Positions 33,477 to 44,505 of a DNA stretch of 52,385 bases are shown here, in pieces; the first letter of the stretch is position 1; the number at the start of each line of letters is the position of its first letter. Under the pieces are notes generated by a model that did no database searches, was not told where the DNA came from, and saw only the letters and a program-made list of their open reading frames with translations. The position numbers and the translations under genes are program-made. Origin of the DNA: an uncultured Clostridia bacterium (GTDB lineage: Bacteria; Bacillota; Clostridia; Oscillospirales; Acutalibacteraceae); contig CALWUX010000111.1 of the NCBI GenBank assembly GCA_944384795.1, positions 1 through 52,385 on the forward strand, written 5' to 3'.

Positions 33477-34895
33477 ATGTACTTGGTACAGATTATGATA
33501 GCGTGTGCAATGGTTGTTATCCTTTGCATCGTTTCAAGTAATGTGCTGTATAAGCTGGGTGTTCCCACTTTGCTTATTTTTCTGGCACTTGGTATGCTGT
33601 TTGGTTCTGATGCCATTGGCGGAGTTTATTTTGACAGCTACGAAATCGCGCAGAATGTGTGTTCCGTAGGACTGGTATTTATTATGTTTTTCGGCGGGTT
33701 CGGTACCAGCTGGAAAACGGCAAAGCCCGTGATTGTCCCGTCGGTGCTGATGTCCACGCTGGGCACATTGATTACCGCGGGACTGGTGGGCGTATTCTGT
33801 ACCCTTGTGTTCGGCATCGGCTGGATCGAGGGTATGCTGATCGGCTCGGTGGTGGCCTCTACGGACGCAGCTTCCGTATTTGCTATTTTGCGTTCCCGCA
33901 AGCTGAACTTAAAAGGCGGCCTTGCGCCTATTTTGGAAATTGAAAGCGGAAGCAACGACCCGGTTGCCTATATGATGACCATTATCTTTTTATCTCTGTT
34001 ATCCGGCGGAGAGGTTTCTATTCCGCTTATGCTGGCAAAGCAGCTGATTTTCGGTATAGGCATTGGCGCTTTGCTCGGCAAGCTGACAGCGCTGGTTTTG
34101 CGGAAGGTAGATTTTAAAATTGAAGGACTGTACCCTATTTTTGTGGTGGCTGTGGGTCTGCTTTCCTATGCGCTGGCTGAATGGCTGGGCGGCAACGGCT
34201 ATCTGAGTGTCTATTTGACCGGCTTTATTGTGGGTAACAGCAAAATTAAGCATAAAAAAAGCCTGATGCATTTTTTGGACGGTATATCCTGGCTGATGCA
34301 GATCATGATTTTCTTCTGCCTGGGCCTGCTGTCCTTCCCGTCCAGGTTTGGCACCGTGATACTGCCGGCGCTGGCGATTTCTGCGTTTTTGATTTTCGTG
34401 GCGCGGCCGATTGCGACCTTTGGTATTTTGAGCTGGTTCAAATTTCCTGTAAAGCAGCAGATATTCATCTCGTGGGTGGGTCTGCGCGGCGCGGCGGCTA
34501 TTGTGTTTGCCATTTTTGCCATGACCGGCGACGCGGTGCTGCAGTACGATATTTTCCATATCATTTTTATTGTGGCGCTGATTTCCGTTTCGCTGCAGGG
34601 CACGCTTTTGCCCACCTTTGCAAAAAAGCTGGATTTGGTGGACGACAGCACGCCTGTTTTGAAAACCTTTACGGACTACGAGGAAGAGCATAATACCCAG
34701 CTTCTGGAGTATCAGGTGACCCAGGACAGCCGTATTCTAAATAAAACCCTGCTGGAAGCGGATATTCCGGAGGGTGTGCTGGTAGTTATGATCAAGCGGG
34801 ATAAGGAGATCATTGTGCCCAATGGCTCTACCATGATCCTGCTGGGGGATATTCTTGTACTTAGCGGCATTGACGAAGAAATGCTGGATATGTAA
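33477..34895 (+). CDS. K+/H+ (cation/proton) antiporter, CPA1/NhaP2 family, with a C-terminal TrkA-C domain
   Basis: 472 aa. The protein has about 12 to 13 predicted hydrophobic segments, then a soluble tail (VTQDSRILNKTLLEADIPEGVLVVMIKRDKEIIVPNGSTMILLGDILVLSG). The start is uncertain: GGAGGA abuts the ATG at 33477, and the TTG at 33483 has better spacing. Confidence 0.8.
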   Translation: MYLVQIMIACAMVVILCIVSSNVLYKLGVPTLLIFLALGMLFGSDAIGGVYFDSYEIAQNVCSVGLVFIMFFGGFGTSWKTAKPVIVPSVLMSTLGTLITAGLVGVFCTLVFGIGWIEGMLIGSVVASTDAASVFAILRSRKLNLKGGLAPILEIESGSNDPVAYMMTIIFLSLLSGGEVSIPLMLAKQLIFGIGIGALLGKLTALVLRKVDFKIEGLYPIFVVAVGLLSYALAEWLGGNGYLSVYLTGFIVGNSKIKHKKSLMHFLDGISWLMQIMIFFCLGLLSFPSRFGTVILPALAISAFLIFVARPIATFGILSWFKFPVKQQIFISWVGLRGAAAIVFAIFAMTGDAVLQYDIFHIIFIVALISVSLQGTLLPTFAKKLDLVDDSTPVLKTFTDYEEEHNTQLLEYQVTQDSRILNKTLLEADIPEGVLVVMIKRDKEIIVPNGSTMILLGDILVLSGIDEEMLDM

Positions 34896-35032
34896 ACCTT
34901 ATTTTTGCACAGCAGTTTTGAGGCGTATCTGCTTGAAAAAAACGCCATCCCGAACAAAAAAGAGTGTTTTTATATTTGTGACTATGTACCGAAAAAAGTT
35001 TTAAAAAATTTTGCAAAAAAGCGAAAAAACGC

Positions 35033-35061
35033 TTGATTTTCCAGGTGCATTATGATACTAT
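35033..35061 (+). promoter_or_regulatory. putative S10-operon promoter with an A-tract UP-like region upstream
   Basis: TTGATT, a 17-nt spacer, then TACTAT preceded by TGA (extended -10 like). Phased A-tracts lie at 34990-35030 (AAAAAAGTTTTAAAAAATTTTGCAAAAAAGCGAAAAAACGC). Confidence 0.5.
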
Positions 35062-35384
35062 ATTTAAGCAAGACTGCACCAGATATGCGTTGAAGCGGGA
35101 GGTTGCGGCATTTTTATGCTGGTTTTTCCGTGGAGTATGTCCGATTTTAAACCGGGCGAAAAAATATTTGATGTTATGGTAAAGGGCCGAACGCGCTTGC
35201 GCAAATCGCGTCCTGACGGTCATTGCGGCCGATTGTATTTGCCATACTCAGACGCTTTTGTGGATCTGACCCGGATTGATTGAAAAATTGATCCGGTTTT
35301 TCAATGCCGGGGTGCGAAACACCCGGCACAGTGTTAGAAAAACAAACAGCGCCGCCCGCCAACTACCATAAGGAGGCGATGACA

Positions 35385-35696
35385 ATGGCAGTCAAAGAAA
35401 AAATCAGAATCAGAATCAAAGGGTACGACCATCAGCTGGTGGACCAGTCCGCCGAGAAGATCGTGCAGACCGCAAAGCGTACAGGCGCCAGAGTGTCCGG
35501 CCCTGTTCCGCTGCCGACGGAAAAGCAGGTCATTACCATTTTGCGCGCGGTGCATAAGTATAAGGACAGCCGCGAGCAGTTTGAGATGAGAACCCATAAG
35601 AGACTGATCGACATTCTCAAACCGTCCAACAAAACCGTAGAGGCTTTGACAGGACTGGAACTCCCTGCCGGTGTTGATATTGAGATCAAGCTGTAA
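35385..35696 (+). CDS. rpsJ: 30S ribosomal protein S10
   Basis: [22 protein letters not shown]... with AAGGAGG upstream. The track start at 35304 is an upstream extension. Confidence 0.98.
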   Translation: MAVKEKIRIRIKGYDHQLVDQSAEKIVQTAKRTGARVSGPVPLPTEKQVITILRAVHKYKDSREQFEMRTHKRLIDILKPSNKTVEALTGLELPAGVDIEIKL

Positions 35697-35774
35697 GCCT
35701 CAGACATCAACCAACAGGCAGCCGGGGTCATGTTGGCCTTGGGTCAACCAATAACCTGCATAGGAGGAAACAAA

Positions 35775-36407
35775 ATGCAAAAATGTATTATCGGCAAGAA
35801 GATTGGCATGACACAAATCTTCGATGAAACAGGAAAAGTAATCCCTGTGACCGTTGTGGAAGCCGGCCCCTGCGTAGTATCGCAGAAAAAGACGGTGGAA
35901 AACGACGGTTATGCTTCCATTCAAATCGGCTTTGGCGACATGAAAGCCCACAAAGTGAGCAAGCCTATGAAAGGCCACTTTGCAAAAGCAGACGTTGCGC
36001 CAAAAAGATATTTAAGAGAATTCCGAGTGGAAGATACAGAGGCTTATAACGTTGGCGACCTGATCAAAGCGGACGTGTTCGCTGCAGGCGACAGAATAGA
36101 CGTTACAGGCACAAGCAAAGGTAAAGGCTGGGCCGGCGTTGTAAAACGCTGGAACTTCGGCAGACTGAAGGAAACACACGGCAGCGGTCCCGTTGCACGA
36201 AAAGGTGGTTCCATCGGCGCCTGCTCCGACCCTTCCAGAGTTTTTAAAGGCAAAAAGATGGCGGGTCACCTGGGCGCTGAAAAAGTAACCGTACAAAATT
36301 TAGCAGTTGTCAAGGTAGATGCAGAAAACAACCTGATTGCCGTAAAAGGCGCCATTCCGGGCCCCAACGGCGGTGTTGTTATTATCCGCGACAGTGTGAA
36401 GGCGTAA
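35775..36407 (+). CDS. rplC: 50S ribosomal protein L3
   Basis: [27 protein letters not shown]; AGGAGG RBS. Confidence 0.98.
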   Translation: MQKCIIGKKIGMTQIFDETGKVIPVTVVEAGPCVVSQKKTVENDGYASIQIGFGDMKAHKVSKPMKGHFAKADVAPKRYLREFRVEDTEAYNVGDLIKADVFAAGDRIDVTGTSKGKGWAGVVKRWNFGRLKETHGSGPVARKGGSIGACSDPSRVFKGKKMAGHLGAEKVTVQNLAVVKVDAENNLIAVKGAIPGPNGGVVIIRDSVKA

Positions 36408-36424
36408 GGGAAGGAGGAATAGAT

Positions 36425-37048
36425 ATGCCAAAAGTAACCGTACTTGATATGGCCGGCAAAGAGGTTTCTAAAATTGATTTGTCCGATGCTGTATTCGGAA
36501 TCGAGCCCAACAAAGCTGTAATGCACGATATGGTGAAAAACTATCTTGCAAACCAGCGTCAGGGCACACAATCGGCTCTGACCCGCGCAGAGGTTTCCGG
36601 CGGCGGTAAAAAACCGTGGAGACAAAAAGGCACGGGCCATGCCAGACAGGGCTCTACAAGAGCGCCCCAGTGGACGCATGGCGGTGTTGTATTTGCTCCA
36701 AAGCCACGCAGCTACCGGTACACTTTGAATAAAAAGGTAAAACGTCTTGCAATGAAATCTGCGCTTTCCAGCAAAGTGCTGGACAATGAATTGATTGTGC
36801 TGGATAAAATTGCGATGGACGAGTATAAAACAAAGACCATTGCGGCAATGCTCAAGGCCGTAGGCTCTGAGAAAAAAGCGCTGATCGTTCTTCCGGAGAA
36901 GAATGAAAAGGTTATCGCTTCCGCGGCCAATATTCCGGGCGTAAAAACTGCGCTGGTCAACACCTTGAATGTTTATGACATTTTGAACGCGGACAAATTT
37001 ATCGTGGTTCAGGATGCGATTGCACAAATTGAGGAGGTGTATGCATAA
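36425..37048 (+). CDS. rplD: 50S ribosomal protein L4
   Basis: 207 aa with [20 protein letters not shown]. Confidence 0.98.
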   Translation: MPKVTVLDMAGKEVSKIDLSDAVFGIEPNKAVMHDMVKNYLANQRQGTQSALTRAEVSGGGKKPWRQKGTGHARQGSTRAPQWTHGGVVFAPKPRSYRYTLNKKVKRLAMKSALSSKVLDNELIVLDKIAMDEYKTKTIAAMLKAVGSEKKALIVLPEKNEKVIASAANIPGVKTALVNTLNVYDILNADKFIVVQDAIAQIEEVYA

Positions 37049-37338
37049 TGGCAGCACAAGACATTATTATCCGTCCGGTGATTACCGAGAGAAGCATGGC
37101 CGGCATGGGCATGAAGAAATACACCTTTGAAGTAGCAAAAGACGCGAACAAAATCGAGATTGCTAAAGCAGTTGAAGAACTTTTTGACGTTAAGGTTTCC
37201 AAAGTGAACACCATGCACGTTAGAGGTCATTTGCGCCGTCAGGGCAGAAGCGAGGGCTACACCCCGTCATGGAAAAAAGCCATCGTTTCTTTAACGGAAG
37301 ACAGCAAAACGATTGAATTCTTTGACAGTATGATGTAA
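37048..37338 (+). CDS. rplW: 50S ribosomal protein L23
   Basis: 96 aa, ..IIRPVITERS..; TAATG overlap with rplD. Confidence 0.97.
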   Translation: MAAQDIIIRPVITERSMAGMGMKKYTFEVAKDANKIEIAKAVEELFDVKVSKVNTMHVRGHLRRQGRSEGYTPSWKKAIVSLTEDSKTIEFFDSMM

Positions 37339-37410
37339 TCCGCTTCTTTATTACAGAGGCAAGGTATGGGGAAGACCCCGCAAAGCCATTATGAAGGAGA
37401 GTGAAACCGA

Positions 37411-38244
37411 ATGGCAATTATTAACTATAAACCGACTACACCGTCAAGACGCAATATGTCCTGCACGGATTATTCCGGCCTTTCCAAGGTAGCGCCGGAG
37501 AAGAGCCTGCTGGCTCCTTTGAATAAAAAATCAGGTCGCAACAGCTACGGTAGAATCACAGTACGTCACAGAGGCGGCGGAAACAGAAGAAAGTACCGTA
37601 TCATCGACTTTAAACGCACAAAACACGGCGTTCCTGCCACGGTAAAAACCCTGGAGTACGATCCGAACAGATCTGCTTTTATTGCCCTTGTGCAGTATGA
37701 GGACGGGGAGAAAAGATACATTCTGGCTCCAAACGGTTTGAAGGTGGGCGACGTTGTTGTGTCCGGTCCCGATGCGGATATTAAACCGGGCAACGCTTTG
37801 CCGCTGACCAATATCCCGACCGGTACCTTTATCCACAATGTAGAGCTGTATCCGGGCAAGGGCGGCCAGCTGGCACGTTCCGCCGGCAATATGGCGCAGC
37901 TTATGGCAAAGGAAAACGGCATGGCGCTGCTCAGACTGCCCTCCGGCGAGCTGAGAAATGTGTCTGCACTGTGCATGGCTACCGTTGGCCAGGTAAGCAA
38001 CACCGACCATGAGAATGTAAAAATCGGTAAAGCGGGCCGTAAACGCCACATGGGCTTCAGGCCGACTGTGCGCGGTTCTGTTATGAACCCGTGCGACCAC
38101 CCGCACGGCGGTGGTGAAGGTAAGTCTCCAATCGGCCGTCCGGGTCCTGTTACACCGTGGGGCAAGCCTGCGCTTGGCTACAAGACGCGTTCCAAAAAGC
38201 ACCGTTCCGATAAGTTTATCGTAAAACGCAGAAACGGCAAATAA
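37411..38244 (+). CDS. rplB: 50S ribosomal protein L2
   Basis: 277 aa with [16 protein letters not shown] and HPHGGGEG. Confidence 0.99.
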   Translation: MAIINYKPTTPSRRNMSCTDYSGLSKVAPEKSLLAPLNKKSGRNSYGRITVRHRGGGNRRKYRIIDFKRTKHGVPATVKTLEYDPNRSAFIALVQYEDGEKRYILAPNGLKVGDVVVSGPDADIKPGNALPLTNIPTGTFIHNVELYPGKGGQLARSAGNMAQLMAKENGMALLRLPSGELRNVSALCMATVGQVSNTDHENVKIGKAGRKRHMGFRPTVRGSVMNPCDHPHGGGEGKSPIGRPGPVTPWGKPALGYKTRSKKHRSDKFIVKRRNGK

Positions 38245-38270
38245 GGCATACAGAAAGGAGCTTATGAATT

Positions 38271-38546
38271 ATGGGCAGAAGCGTAAAAAAAGGTCCTTAC
38301 GTACAGCCTGTGCTGTTGAAAAGGATTCAGCAAATGAATGAAGCCGGCGAAAAGAATATTGTAAAAACATGGAGCAGAGCGTCCATTATTTTCCCGGATT
38401 TTGTTGGTCATACCATTGCGGTGCACGACGGCCGCAAGCACGTTCCGGTATATGTAACCGAAGATATGGTAGGACACAAGCTGGGTGAGTTTGCGCCCAC
38501 CAGAACTTATAAAGGTCATGCCGGTTCCAAAACAGGCGGTAAATAA
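38271..38546 (+). CDS. rpsS: 30S ribosomal protein S19
   Basis: [11 protein letters not shown]...[11 protein letters not shown]. Confidence 0.99.
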   Translation: MGRSVKKGPYVQPVLLKRIQQMNEAGEKNIVKTWSRASIIFPDFVGHTIAVHDGRKHVPVYVTEDMVGHKLGEFAPTRTYKGHAGSKTGGK

Positions 38547-38570
38547 TAAAGGCCGAAAGGAGTGTTTTCA

Positions 38571-38906
38571 ATGGAAGCAAGGGCTTATCTGAAATATGCC
38601 CGCATTTCACCACGCAAAGTACAAATCGTGCTTGATTTGATTAGAAACAAGCCGGTGGATATGGCTATGGCTATCCTTAAGCATACCCCTAAGGCCGCAT
38701 GCGAGGACTTGCAAAAATTATTGAAGTCTGCAATGGCCAATGCTGAGAATAACCACGACATGGACGTATCCAGACTTTACGTAGCGGAATGCTTCGTATG
38801 TCCGGGCCCGATCCTCAAGCGTATTCGTCCAAGAGCGCAGGGTCGCGCATATAGAGTATTAAAAAGAACTTCGCACGTTACCCTCGTGCTGAAAGAGAAA
38901 GAATAA
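38571..38906 (+). CDS. rplV: 50S ribosomal protein L22
   Basis: [20 protein letters not shown]; AAAGGAG lies 8 nt upstream of the ATG at 38571. Confidence 0.97.
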   Translation: MEARAYLKYARISPRKVQIVLDLIRNKPVDMAMAILKHTPKAACEDLQKLLKSAMANAENNHDMDVSRLYVAECFVCPGPILKRIRPRAQGRAYRVLKRTSHVTLVLKEKE

Positions 38907-38925
38907 GCGATGGAGGAGGTAAATT

Positions 38926-39588
38926 ATGGGCCAGAAAGTTAACCCACATGGCATTCGTGTGGGCGTTATCAAAGATTGGGATTCCCGCTGGTTTGCAAAA
39001 GACAATGTTTTTGGCGATACATTGGTAGAAGATTATAATCTGCGCAAAGTATTGAAAAAACAACTGGCAGCAGCCGGTGTTCCTAAAATTGAAATTGAGC
39101 GCGACGCTTCCAAGGTCCGCGTTCATATTCACTGCGCAAAGCCGGGCATGGTTATTGGCAAAGGCGGCGCAGAGATTGAAAAATTACGTTTGCAATGCGA
39201 AAAAATGCTGAAAAAACCGGTTGTTATCAACATTGTTGAAGTAAAAACACCGGATACAAACGCACAGCTGGTCGCTGAAAATATTGCACAGCAGCTGGAA
39301 AAGAGAATTTCTTTCCGCCGCGCAATGAAGCAGTGCATCGGCCGCGCAATGAAAATGGGTGTAAAAGGCATTAAAACCCAGGTTTCCGGCCGTTTGGGCG
39401 GTGCGGAAATTGCCAGATCGGAGCGTTACCATGACGGTACCATTCCGCTGCAGACCTTGAGAGCCGACATTGATTACGGCTTTGCGGAAGCTATGACCAC
39501 TTACGGCATCATCGGCGTAAAGGTCTGGATTTACAGAGGCGAGGTATTGCAGGATACCAAGGCCCGTAAGGAAGGAGGCAGTAAATAA
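38926..39588 (+). CDS. rpsC: 30S ribosomal protein S3
   Basis: [24 protein letters not shown]. Confidence 0.99.
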   Translation: MGQKVNPHGIRVGVIKDWDSRWFAKDNVFGDTLVEDYNLRKVLKKQLAAAGVPKIEIERDASKVRVHIHCAKPGMVIGKGGAEIEKLRLQCEKMLKKPVVINIVEVKTPDTNAQLVAENIAQQLEKRISFRRAMKQCIGRAMKMGVKGIKTQVSGRLGGAEIARSERYHDGTIPLQTLRADIDYGFAEAMTTYGIIGVKVWIYRGEVLQDTKARKEGGSK

Positions 39589-40013
39589 TGCTGTTGCCTA
39601 AACGCGTTAAATATCGTAGAGTGCACCGCGGCCGTTTGACAGGTAAAGCCTACCGCGGTAATAAAGTGACCAACGGCGAGTTCGGCATTCAGGCCACAGA
39701 GCCGGCATGGATCACCTCTAACCAAATTGAAGCAGCCCGTATTGCTATGACACGTTACTGCAAAAGATTCGGTAAAGTTTGGATCAAGATTTTTCCGGAT
39801 AAGCCGATTACGGAAAAACCTGCCGAGACCCGCATGGGCTCCGGTAAAGGCTCTCCCGAATACTGGGTGGCGGTTGTAAAGCCGGGCAGAGTAATGTTTG
39901 AGATTGCGGGTGTTCCCGAAGAAACCGCAAGAGAGGCGCTGCGCCTGGCCGCAAACAAATTGCCGATCAAGTGTAAATTTGTAAAAAGGGAAGAAACGGG
40001 GGGTGAGCAGTAA
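39588..40013 (+). CDS. rplP: 50S ribosomal protein L16
   Basis: [21 protein letters not shown]. Confidence 0.99.
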   Translation: MLLPKRVKYRRVHRGRLTGKAYRGNKVTNGEFGIQATEPAWITSNQIEAARIAMTRYCKRFGKVWIKIFPDKPITEKPAETRMGSGKGSPEYWVAVVKPGRVMFEIAGVPEETAREALRLAANKLPIKCKFVKREETGGEQ

Positions 40014-40219
40014 TGAAGGCCTCAGAGATGAGAAATCTATCTACAGCAGAGTTAGAAACAAAACTGAAAGACCTTAAGGCCGAACTTTTCAACCTGCGTT
40101 TTCAGCTTGCCATTAACCAGCTCGATAACCCGATGCGTGTTTCCGCTGTGAAAAAGGACATTGCCCGCGTAAAGACGATTTTGCGTGAAAATGAGCTGAA
40201 CAGCGGCACGAATGCGTAA
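40013..40219 (+). CDS. rpmC: 50S ribosomal protein L29
   Basis: 68 aa, ..[17 protein letters not shown].. Confidence 0.97.
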   Translation: MKASEMRNLSTAELETKLKDLKAELFNLRFQLAINQLDNPMRVSAVKKDIARVKTILRENELNSGTNA

Positions 40220-40236
40220 CGGAAGGAGGTTTAGCT

Positions 40237-40494
40237 GTGAGCGATAGAAATATGAGAAAAACCTTGGTAGGCAAGGTAAAAAGCAACAAAATGGAAAAAA
40301 CCATTGTTGTGGCAATCGAAGACAGCGTAAAGCACCCGCTTTACAATAAAATTATCAAACGTACCATCAATGTAAAAGCACACGATGAGAAAAACGAGTG
40401 CAATATTGGTGACATTGTACGTGTTATGGAGACTCGTCCTCTTTCCAAAGATAAGAGATGGAGACTCGTTGAGATTATTGAAAAAGCGAAATAA
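40237..40494 (+). CDS. rpsQ: 30S ribosomal protein S17
   Basis: 85 aa, GTG start, ..[14 protein letters not shown]...[14 protein letters not shown]. Confidence 0.97.
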   Translation: MSDRNMRKTLVGKVKSNKMEKTIVVAIEDSVKHPLYNKIIKRTINVKAHDEKNECNIGDIVRVMETRPLSKDKRWRLVEIIEKAK

Positions 40495-40523
40495 TTTTGC
40501 TTTGAAAGAAGGAGGAACGCACT

Positions 40524-40892
40524 GTGATACAACAGCAAAGTTACCTTAAAGTGGCCGATAATACAGGCGCGAAGGAAATTATGTGTATTCGCGTGCTGGG
40601 CGGTACCGGCAGAAGGTATGCCAATATTGGCGACGTTGTGGTTGCTTCCGTAAAAAAAGCAGCACCCGGCGGCGTTGTTAAAAAAGGCGAGGTTGTAAAG
40701 GCGGTTATTGTAAGAACTGCTTTTGGTGTTCGCCGTGAAGACGGCACATATATTCGTTTTGACGAAAATGCGGCCGTGATCATCAGAGACGATAAAAATC
40801 CAAGGGGAACACGTATTTTTGGCCCTGTTGCCAGAGAACTGCGTGACAAAGACTATTTGAAAATTTTAAGTCTTGCCCCGGAAGTACTGTAA
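40524..40892 (+). CDS. rplN: 50S ribosomal protein L14
   Basis: [27 protein letters not shown]; GTG start. Confidence 0.99.
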   Translation: MIQQQSYLKVADNTGAKEIMCIRVLGGTGRRYANIGDVVVASVKKAAPGGVVKKGEVVKAVIVRTAFGVRREDGTYIRFDENAAVIIRDDKNPRGTRIFGPVARELRDKDYLKILSLAPEVL

Positions 40893-40907
40893 TGGAGGTG
40901 CTCACTA

Positions 40908-41225
40908 ATGAATAAGATTCATGTTAAAACCGGTGACACCGTCATCATTTTAAACGGCAGGGATCGCGGTAAAGAAGGCAAGGTTCTTGCGGTAAGCCCC
41001 AAAGAGGGAAAAGTGATTGTAGAAGGCCGCAACATGGTTACAAAGCACGTAAAACCGCGCAGAATGGGTGAACAGGGCGGTATTGCCAAAGCGGAAAGCG
41101 CCATGTATGCCTGCAAGGTGCAGCTGGTATGCCCTGCCTGCGGAAAACCTACACGTGTTGCACATCAAATTTCTGAAGACGGTAAAAAGGCACGCATTTG
41201 CAAAAAATGCGGTGCAACGCTGTAA
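40908..41225 (+). CDS. rplX: 50S ribosomal protein L24
   Basis: 105 aa with KOW motif (KTGDTVIILNGRDRGKEGKV). Confidence 0.97.
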   Translation: MNKIHVKTGDTVIILNGRDRGKEGKVLAVSPKEGKVIVEGRNMVTKHVKPRRMGEQGGIAKAESAMYACKVQLVCPACGKPTRVAHQISEDGKKARICKKCGATL

Positions 41226-41237
41226 GGAGGACAGGAC

Positions 41238-41777
41238 ATGGCGAGACTGAAGGAGTACTACAAAAAAGACATTGCCCCTGCATTGATGAAAAAATTCTCC
41301 TACAAAAGCGTAATGCAAATACCAAAGCTGGAGAAAGTGGTTATCAATGTCGGCGCAGGCGAGGCAAAGGATAACGCAAAAACCATTGAAGCTATTATGG
41401 CGGATATTGCGGCCATTACCGGCCAAAAGCCAATGACCTGCAAGGCAAAAAAATCAGTTGCTAACTTTAAATTGCGCGAGGGCATGAACATCGGCGTTAA
41501 AGTTACATTAAGAGGCGAGAACATGTATGAGTTTGTTGACAAGCTGTTCAATGTTGCTCTGCCAAGGGTAAGAGACTTCAGAGGAATCAATCCCAATTCT
41601 TTTGACGGCCGCGGCAATTACAATATGGGCCTGAGAGAGCAGTTGATTTTCCCTGAGATCGATTACGATAAAATTGATAAGGTTCGCGGAATGGACATCT
41701 GTTTCGTAACAACTGCAAACACCGACGAAGAGTCTAAAGAGTTGTTAACTCTTATGGGCGCTCCGTTTGCGAAATAA
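41238..41777 (+). CDS. rplE: 50S ribosomal protein L5
   Basis: [20 protein letters not shown]... Confidence 0.99.
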   Translation: MARLKEYYKKDIAPALMKKFSYKSVMQIPKLEKVVINVGAGEAKDNAKTIEAIMADIAAITGQKPMTCKAKKSVANFKLREGMNIGVKVTLRGENMYEFVDKLFNVALPRVRDFRGINPNSFDGRGNYNMGLREQLIFPEIDYDKIDKVRGMDICFVTTANTDEESKELLTLMGAPFAK

Positions 41778-41789
41778 GGAGGGAATATT

Positions 41790-41975
41790 GTGGCCAAAAC
41801 TTCTATGAAAGTAAAACAGCAAAGAGGTTCCAAATACTCTACTCGCGAATATAACAGATGCAAAATCTGTGGCAGGCCGCACGCCTATCTTCGTAAGTTC
41901 GGTATTTGCCGTATATGCTTTAGGGAATTAGCCCACAAAGGTCAAATTCCAGGCGTTAAAAAGGCAAGCTGGTAA
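41790..41975 (+). CDS. rpsN: 30S ribosomal protein S14 type Z (zinc-binding)
   Basis: 61 aa, GTG start, with [21 protein letters not shown] (CxxC-x12-CxxC). Confidence 0.97.
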   Translation: MAKTSMKVKQQRGSKYSTREYNRCKICGRPHAYLRKFGICRICFRELAHKGQIPGVKKASW

Positions 41976-41998
41976 GCTTAGCAAAGGAGGTAAACGGT

Positions 41999-42397
41999 AT
42001 GCAAATTACAGATCCAATTGCAGATTTGCTTACACGTATCCGCAACGCGAGTGCTGCGAAACATGACTCCGTTGAAGTTCCCGCATCTAACATGAAAAAG
42101 TCTATTGTGCAGATTCTGGTAGATGAAGGATACGTGAAAAACTTCACAGTGGTTGAAGACGGCAAACAAGGCATGATTAAAATCAACTTAAAATACGGCG
42201 AGGGTAAAACCTCCGTTATCAAGGGCCTGAAAAGGGTTTCCAAACCGGGCCTGAGAATTTATTCCAATGCAGAAGAACTGCCAAAGGTCATCAAGGGCCT
42301 GGGCGTAGCTATCATCTCTACTTCCAAAGGCGTTATGACGGATCGTCAGGCACGCAAAGAGAATGTTGGCGGCGAAGTTCTGGCATTTATTTGGTAA
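41999..42397 (+). CDS. rpsH: 30S ribosomal protein S8
   Basis: [17 protein letters not shown]... Confidence 0.99.
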   Translation: MQITDPIADLLTRIRNASAAKHDSVEVPASNMKKSIVQILVDEGYVKNFTVVEDGKQGMIKINLKYGEGKTSVIKGLKRVSKPGLRIYSNAEELPKVIKGLGVAIISTSKGVMTDRQARKENVGGEVLAFIW

Positions 42398-42413
42398 GGC
42401 AGGGGGTGCAGGA

Positions 42414-42962
42414 ATGTCTCGAATTGGAAGAAAACCGATAAATATTCCCGCTGGCGTTGATGTGACCATCAACGGCAACGTAGTTACAGTAAAAGGTGCA
42501 AAGGCAACTTTATCCCAGGAAATCCATCCCAACATCACGGTAACAAAGGAGGATAACGTGATCCACGTTACCCGCCCCAACGATGATAAGGAGAACCGTT
42601 CTTTACATGGATTGAGCCGTACACTTATCAATAACATGGTTGTTGGTGTAACGGAAGGTTACAAAAAAGAGCTTGACGTCAACGGCGTTGGCTACCGTGT
42701 AGCAAAACAGGGCAAGGATTTGGTAATGAACCTGGGTTTTTCTCACCAGGTTGTAATGTCTGAAATTGAAGGCATTACCATTGAGTGCCCGTCACCAAAC
42801 AAAATCATCGTTTCCGGTCCGGATAAGCAAAAGGTTGGTCAGTTTGCTGCCGAGATCCGCGAGAAACGTTTACCTGAACCGTACAAGGGCAAGGGTATTA
42901 AATATGTTGACGAAGTAATCCGCCGCAAAGAAGGTAAAGCTGGTAAGGGTGCGAAAAAGTAA
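42414..42962 (+). CDS. rplF: 50S ribosomal protein L6
   Basis: [17 protein letters not shown]. The track start at 42363 would overlap rpsH. Confidence 0.98.
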   Translation: MSRIGRKPINIPAGVDVTINGNVVTVKGAKATLSQEIHPNITVTKEDNVIHVTRPNDDKENRSLHGLSRTLINNMVVGVTEGYKKELDVNGVGYRVAKQGKDLVMNLGFSHQVVMSEIEGITIECPSPNKIIVSGPDKQKVGQFAAEIREKRLPEPYKGKGIKYVDEVIRRKEGKAGKGAKK

Positions 42963-42975
42963 GGAGTGAAACATT

Positions 42976-43335
42976 ATGGTGAATAAAGCTGATAAAAATA
43001 CAGCTCGTCTAAAGCGTCACAGAAGAGTGCGCGGTAAGATTTCCGGCACAACTGAGTGCCCACGCCTAAATGTATTCCGCTCCACCAAAAACATCTATGC
43101 TCAGATTATTGACGATGTGAAAGGGGTTACTCTTGTAGCAGCTTCTACTCTGGACAAAGAGTTTACTGGTAATGGCGGAAACAAGGAAGCAGCACGCGAG
43201 GTTGGCAAAATGATTGCAAAGCGTGCAAAAGATAAAGGTATCACAGAGGTCGTTTTTGACCGCGGTGGTTATATTTTCCACGGCCGTGTCAAAGAGCTGG
43301 CCGAAGGCGCCCGCGAGGGTGGCCTCAACTTCTAA
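42976..43335 (+). CDS. rplR: 50S ribosomal protein L18
   Basis: 119 aa, ..[18 protein letters not shown]...[24 protein letters not shown]. Confidence 0.98.
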   Translation: MVNKADKNTARLKRHRRVRGKISGTTECPRLNVFRSTKNIYAQIIDDVKGVTLVAASTLDKEFTGNGGNKEAAREVGKMIAKRAKDKGITEVVFDRGGYIFHGRVKELAEGAREGGLNF

Positions 43336-43352
43336 GAAGGAGGAAATTACTT

Positions 43353-43850
43353 TTGGCTAGAATTGACGCATCAACATTAGATTTAAAAGAACACGTAGTT
43401 GCTATCAACCGTGTTTCCAAAACCGTAAAGGGCGGCCGTATTTTTAAATTTGCCGCTTTGGTAGTTGTAGGCGACGGCAACGGCATCGTAGGCTTCGGCA
43501 TCGGCAAATCCGGCGAGGTTCCGGATTCTATCCGCAAGGGGATTGAGGACGCCAAAAAGAACCTGATGAGGGTTTCCATGCGCGGTACAACCATTCCTCA
43601 TGAGGTAATCGGCGCTTATGACGCGGGCCGTGTTTTGATGAAGCCCGCCGCGCCCGGTACCGGTGTTATTGCCGGCGGTCCGGTTCGTGCGGTGGTGGAA
43701 GCAGCGGGTATTAAAGATATTAGAACAAAGGCGCTGCGCTCCAATAATCCCTGTAATGTGGTAAGAGCGACTATTCAGGGTCTGGCTCAGCTTCGCACGG
43801 CAGAAGAGGTTGCCGCAACACGCGGTAAATCCGTAAAAGAGATTTTATAA
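43353..43850 (+). CDS. rpsE: 30S ribosomal protein S5
   Basis: 165 aa, TTG start, ..[27 protein letters not shown]. Confidence 0.98.
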   Translation: MARIDASTLDLKEHVVAINRVSKTVKGGRIFKFAALVVVGDGNGIVGFGIGKSGEVPDSIRKGIEDAKKNLMRVSMRGTTIPHEVIGAYDAGRVLMKPAAPGTGVIAGGPVRAVVEAAGIKDIRTKALRSNNPCNVVRATIQGLAQLRTAEEVAATRGKSVKEIL

Positions 43851-43865
43851 TAGGGGGTAGCAATT

Positions 43866-44045
43866 ATGGCACAGCTGAAAATCACGCTGGTAAAAAGCCT
43901 TATCGGCAGTAAAAAAGACCAAATTGCGACTGCCCAGGCTTTAGGACTGAAGAAAATCGGTGATTGTACGGTGCAACCCGATAATCCGCAAACCAAAGGC
44001 AAGGTGGCTAAAATTATCCACCTCATCGACGTAACAGAAGCGTAA
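43866..44045 (+). CDS. rpmD: 50S ribosomal protein L30
   Basis: Not in the ORF track (59 aa). My translation is [59 protein letters not shown]. It sits in the expected position between rpsE and rplO. Confidence 0.95.
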   Translation: MAQLKITLVKSLIGSKKDQIATAQALGLKKIGDCTVQPDNPQTKGKVAKIIHLIDVTEA

Positions 44046-44063
44046 GAAGGAGGTGCTTAATCA

Positions 44064-44504
44064 ATGAGATTGCACGATTTATCTGCTGTACCGGGCTCTA
44101 CCAGGGTTTCTAAAAGAGTGGGCAGAGGTCACGGTTCAGGTCAGGGTAAAACTGCCGGTAAAGGCCACAAGGGTCAAAAAGCAAGATCCGGGGCAAGCAT
44201 TCGCCCGGGTTTTGAAGGCGGCCAAATGCCTTTGCAGAGACGGGTACCGAAAAGAGGTTTCAATAATATTTTCGCAAAAGAAATCATCGCTATCAATGTG
44301 GGTTCCCTGGAATCCTTTGACAACGGTGCTGTTGTAGATACTCAAGCTTTGATTGATGCAGGTCTTGTAAAAAAATGCTGTGACGGCATCAAAATCCTGG
44401 GAAACGGCAAGCTGACAAAAAGCCTGACGGTGAAAGTCGGCGCTTATTCTGAGGGAGCAAAGAAAAAGATTGAATCTGCAGGTGGGAAGGCAGAGGTGAT
44501 CTGA
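44064..44504 (+). CDS. rplO: 50S ribosomal protein L15
   Basis: MRLHDLSAVPGSTRVSKRVGRGHGSGQGKTAGKGHKGQ. Confidence 0.99.
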   Translation: MRLHDLSAVPGSTRVSKRVGRGHGSGQGKTAGKGHKGQKARSGASIRPGFEGGQMPLQRRVPKRGFNNIFAKEIIAINVGSLESFDNGAVVDTQALIDAGLVKKCCDGIKILGNGKLTKSLTVKVGAYSEGAKKKIESAGGKAEVI

Positions 44505-44505
44505 A

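Noticed and set aside
36266-38202. Minus-strand ORFs of 263 and 223 aa antisense to rplD and rplB, and a 297-aa ORF at 44911-45804 antisense to secY.
   Set aside because: They are embedded in highly conserved ribosomal and secY genes, and no independent signals support them.
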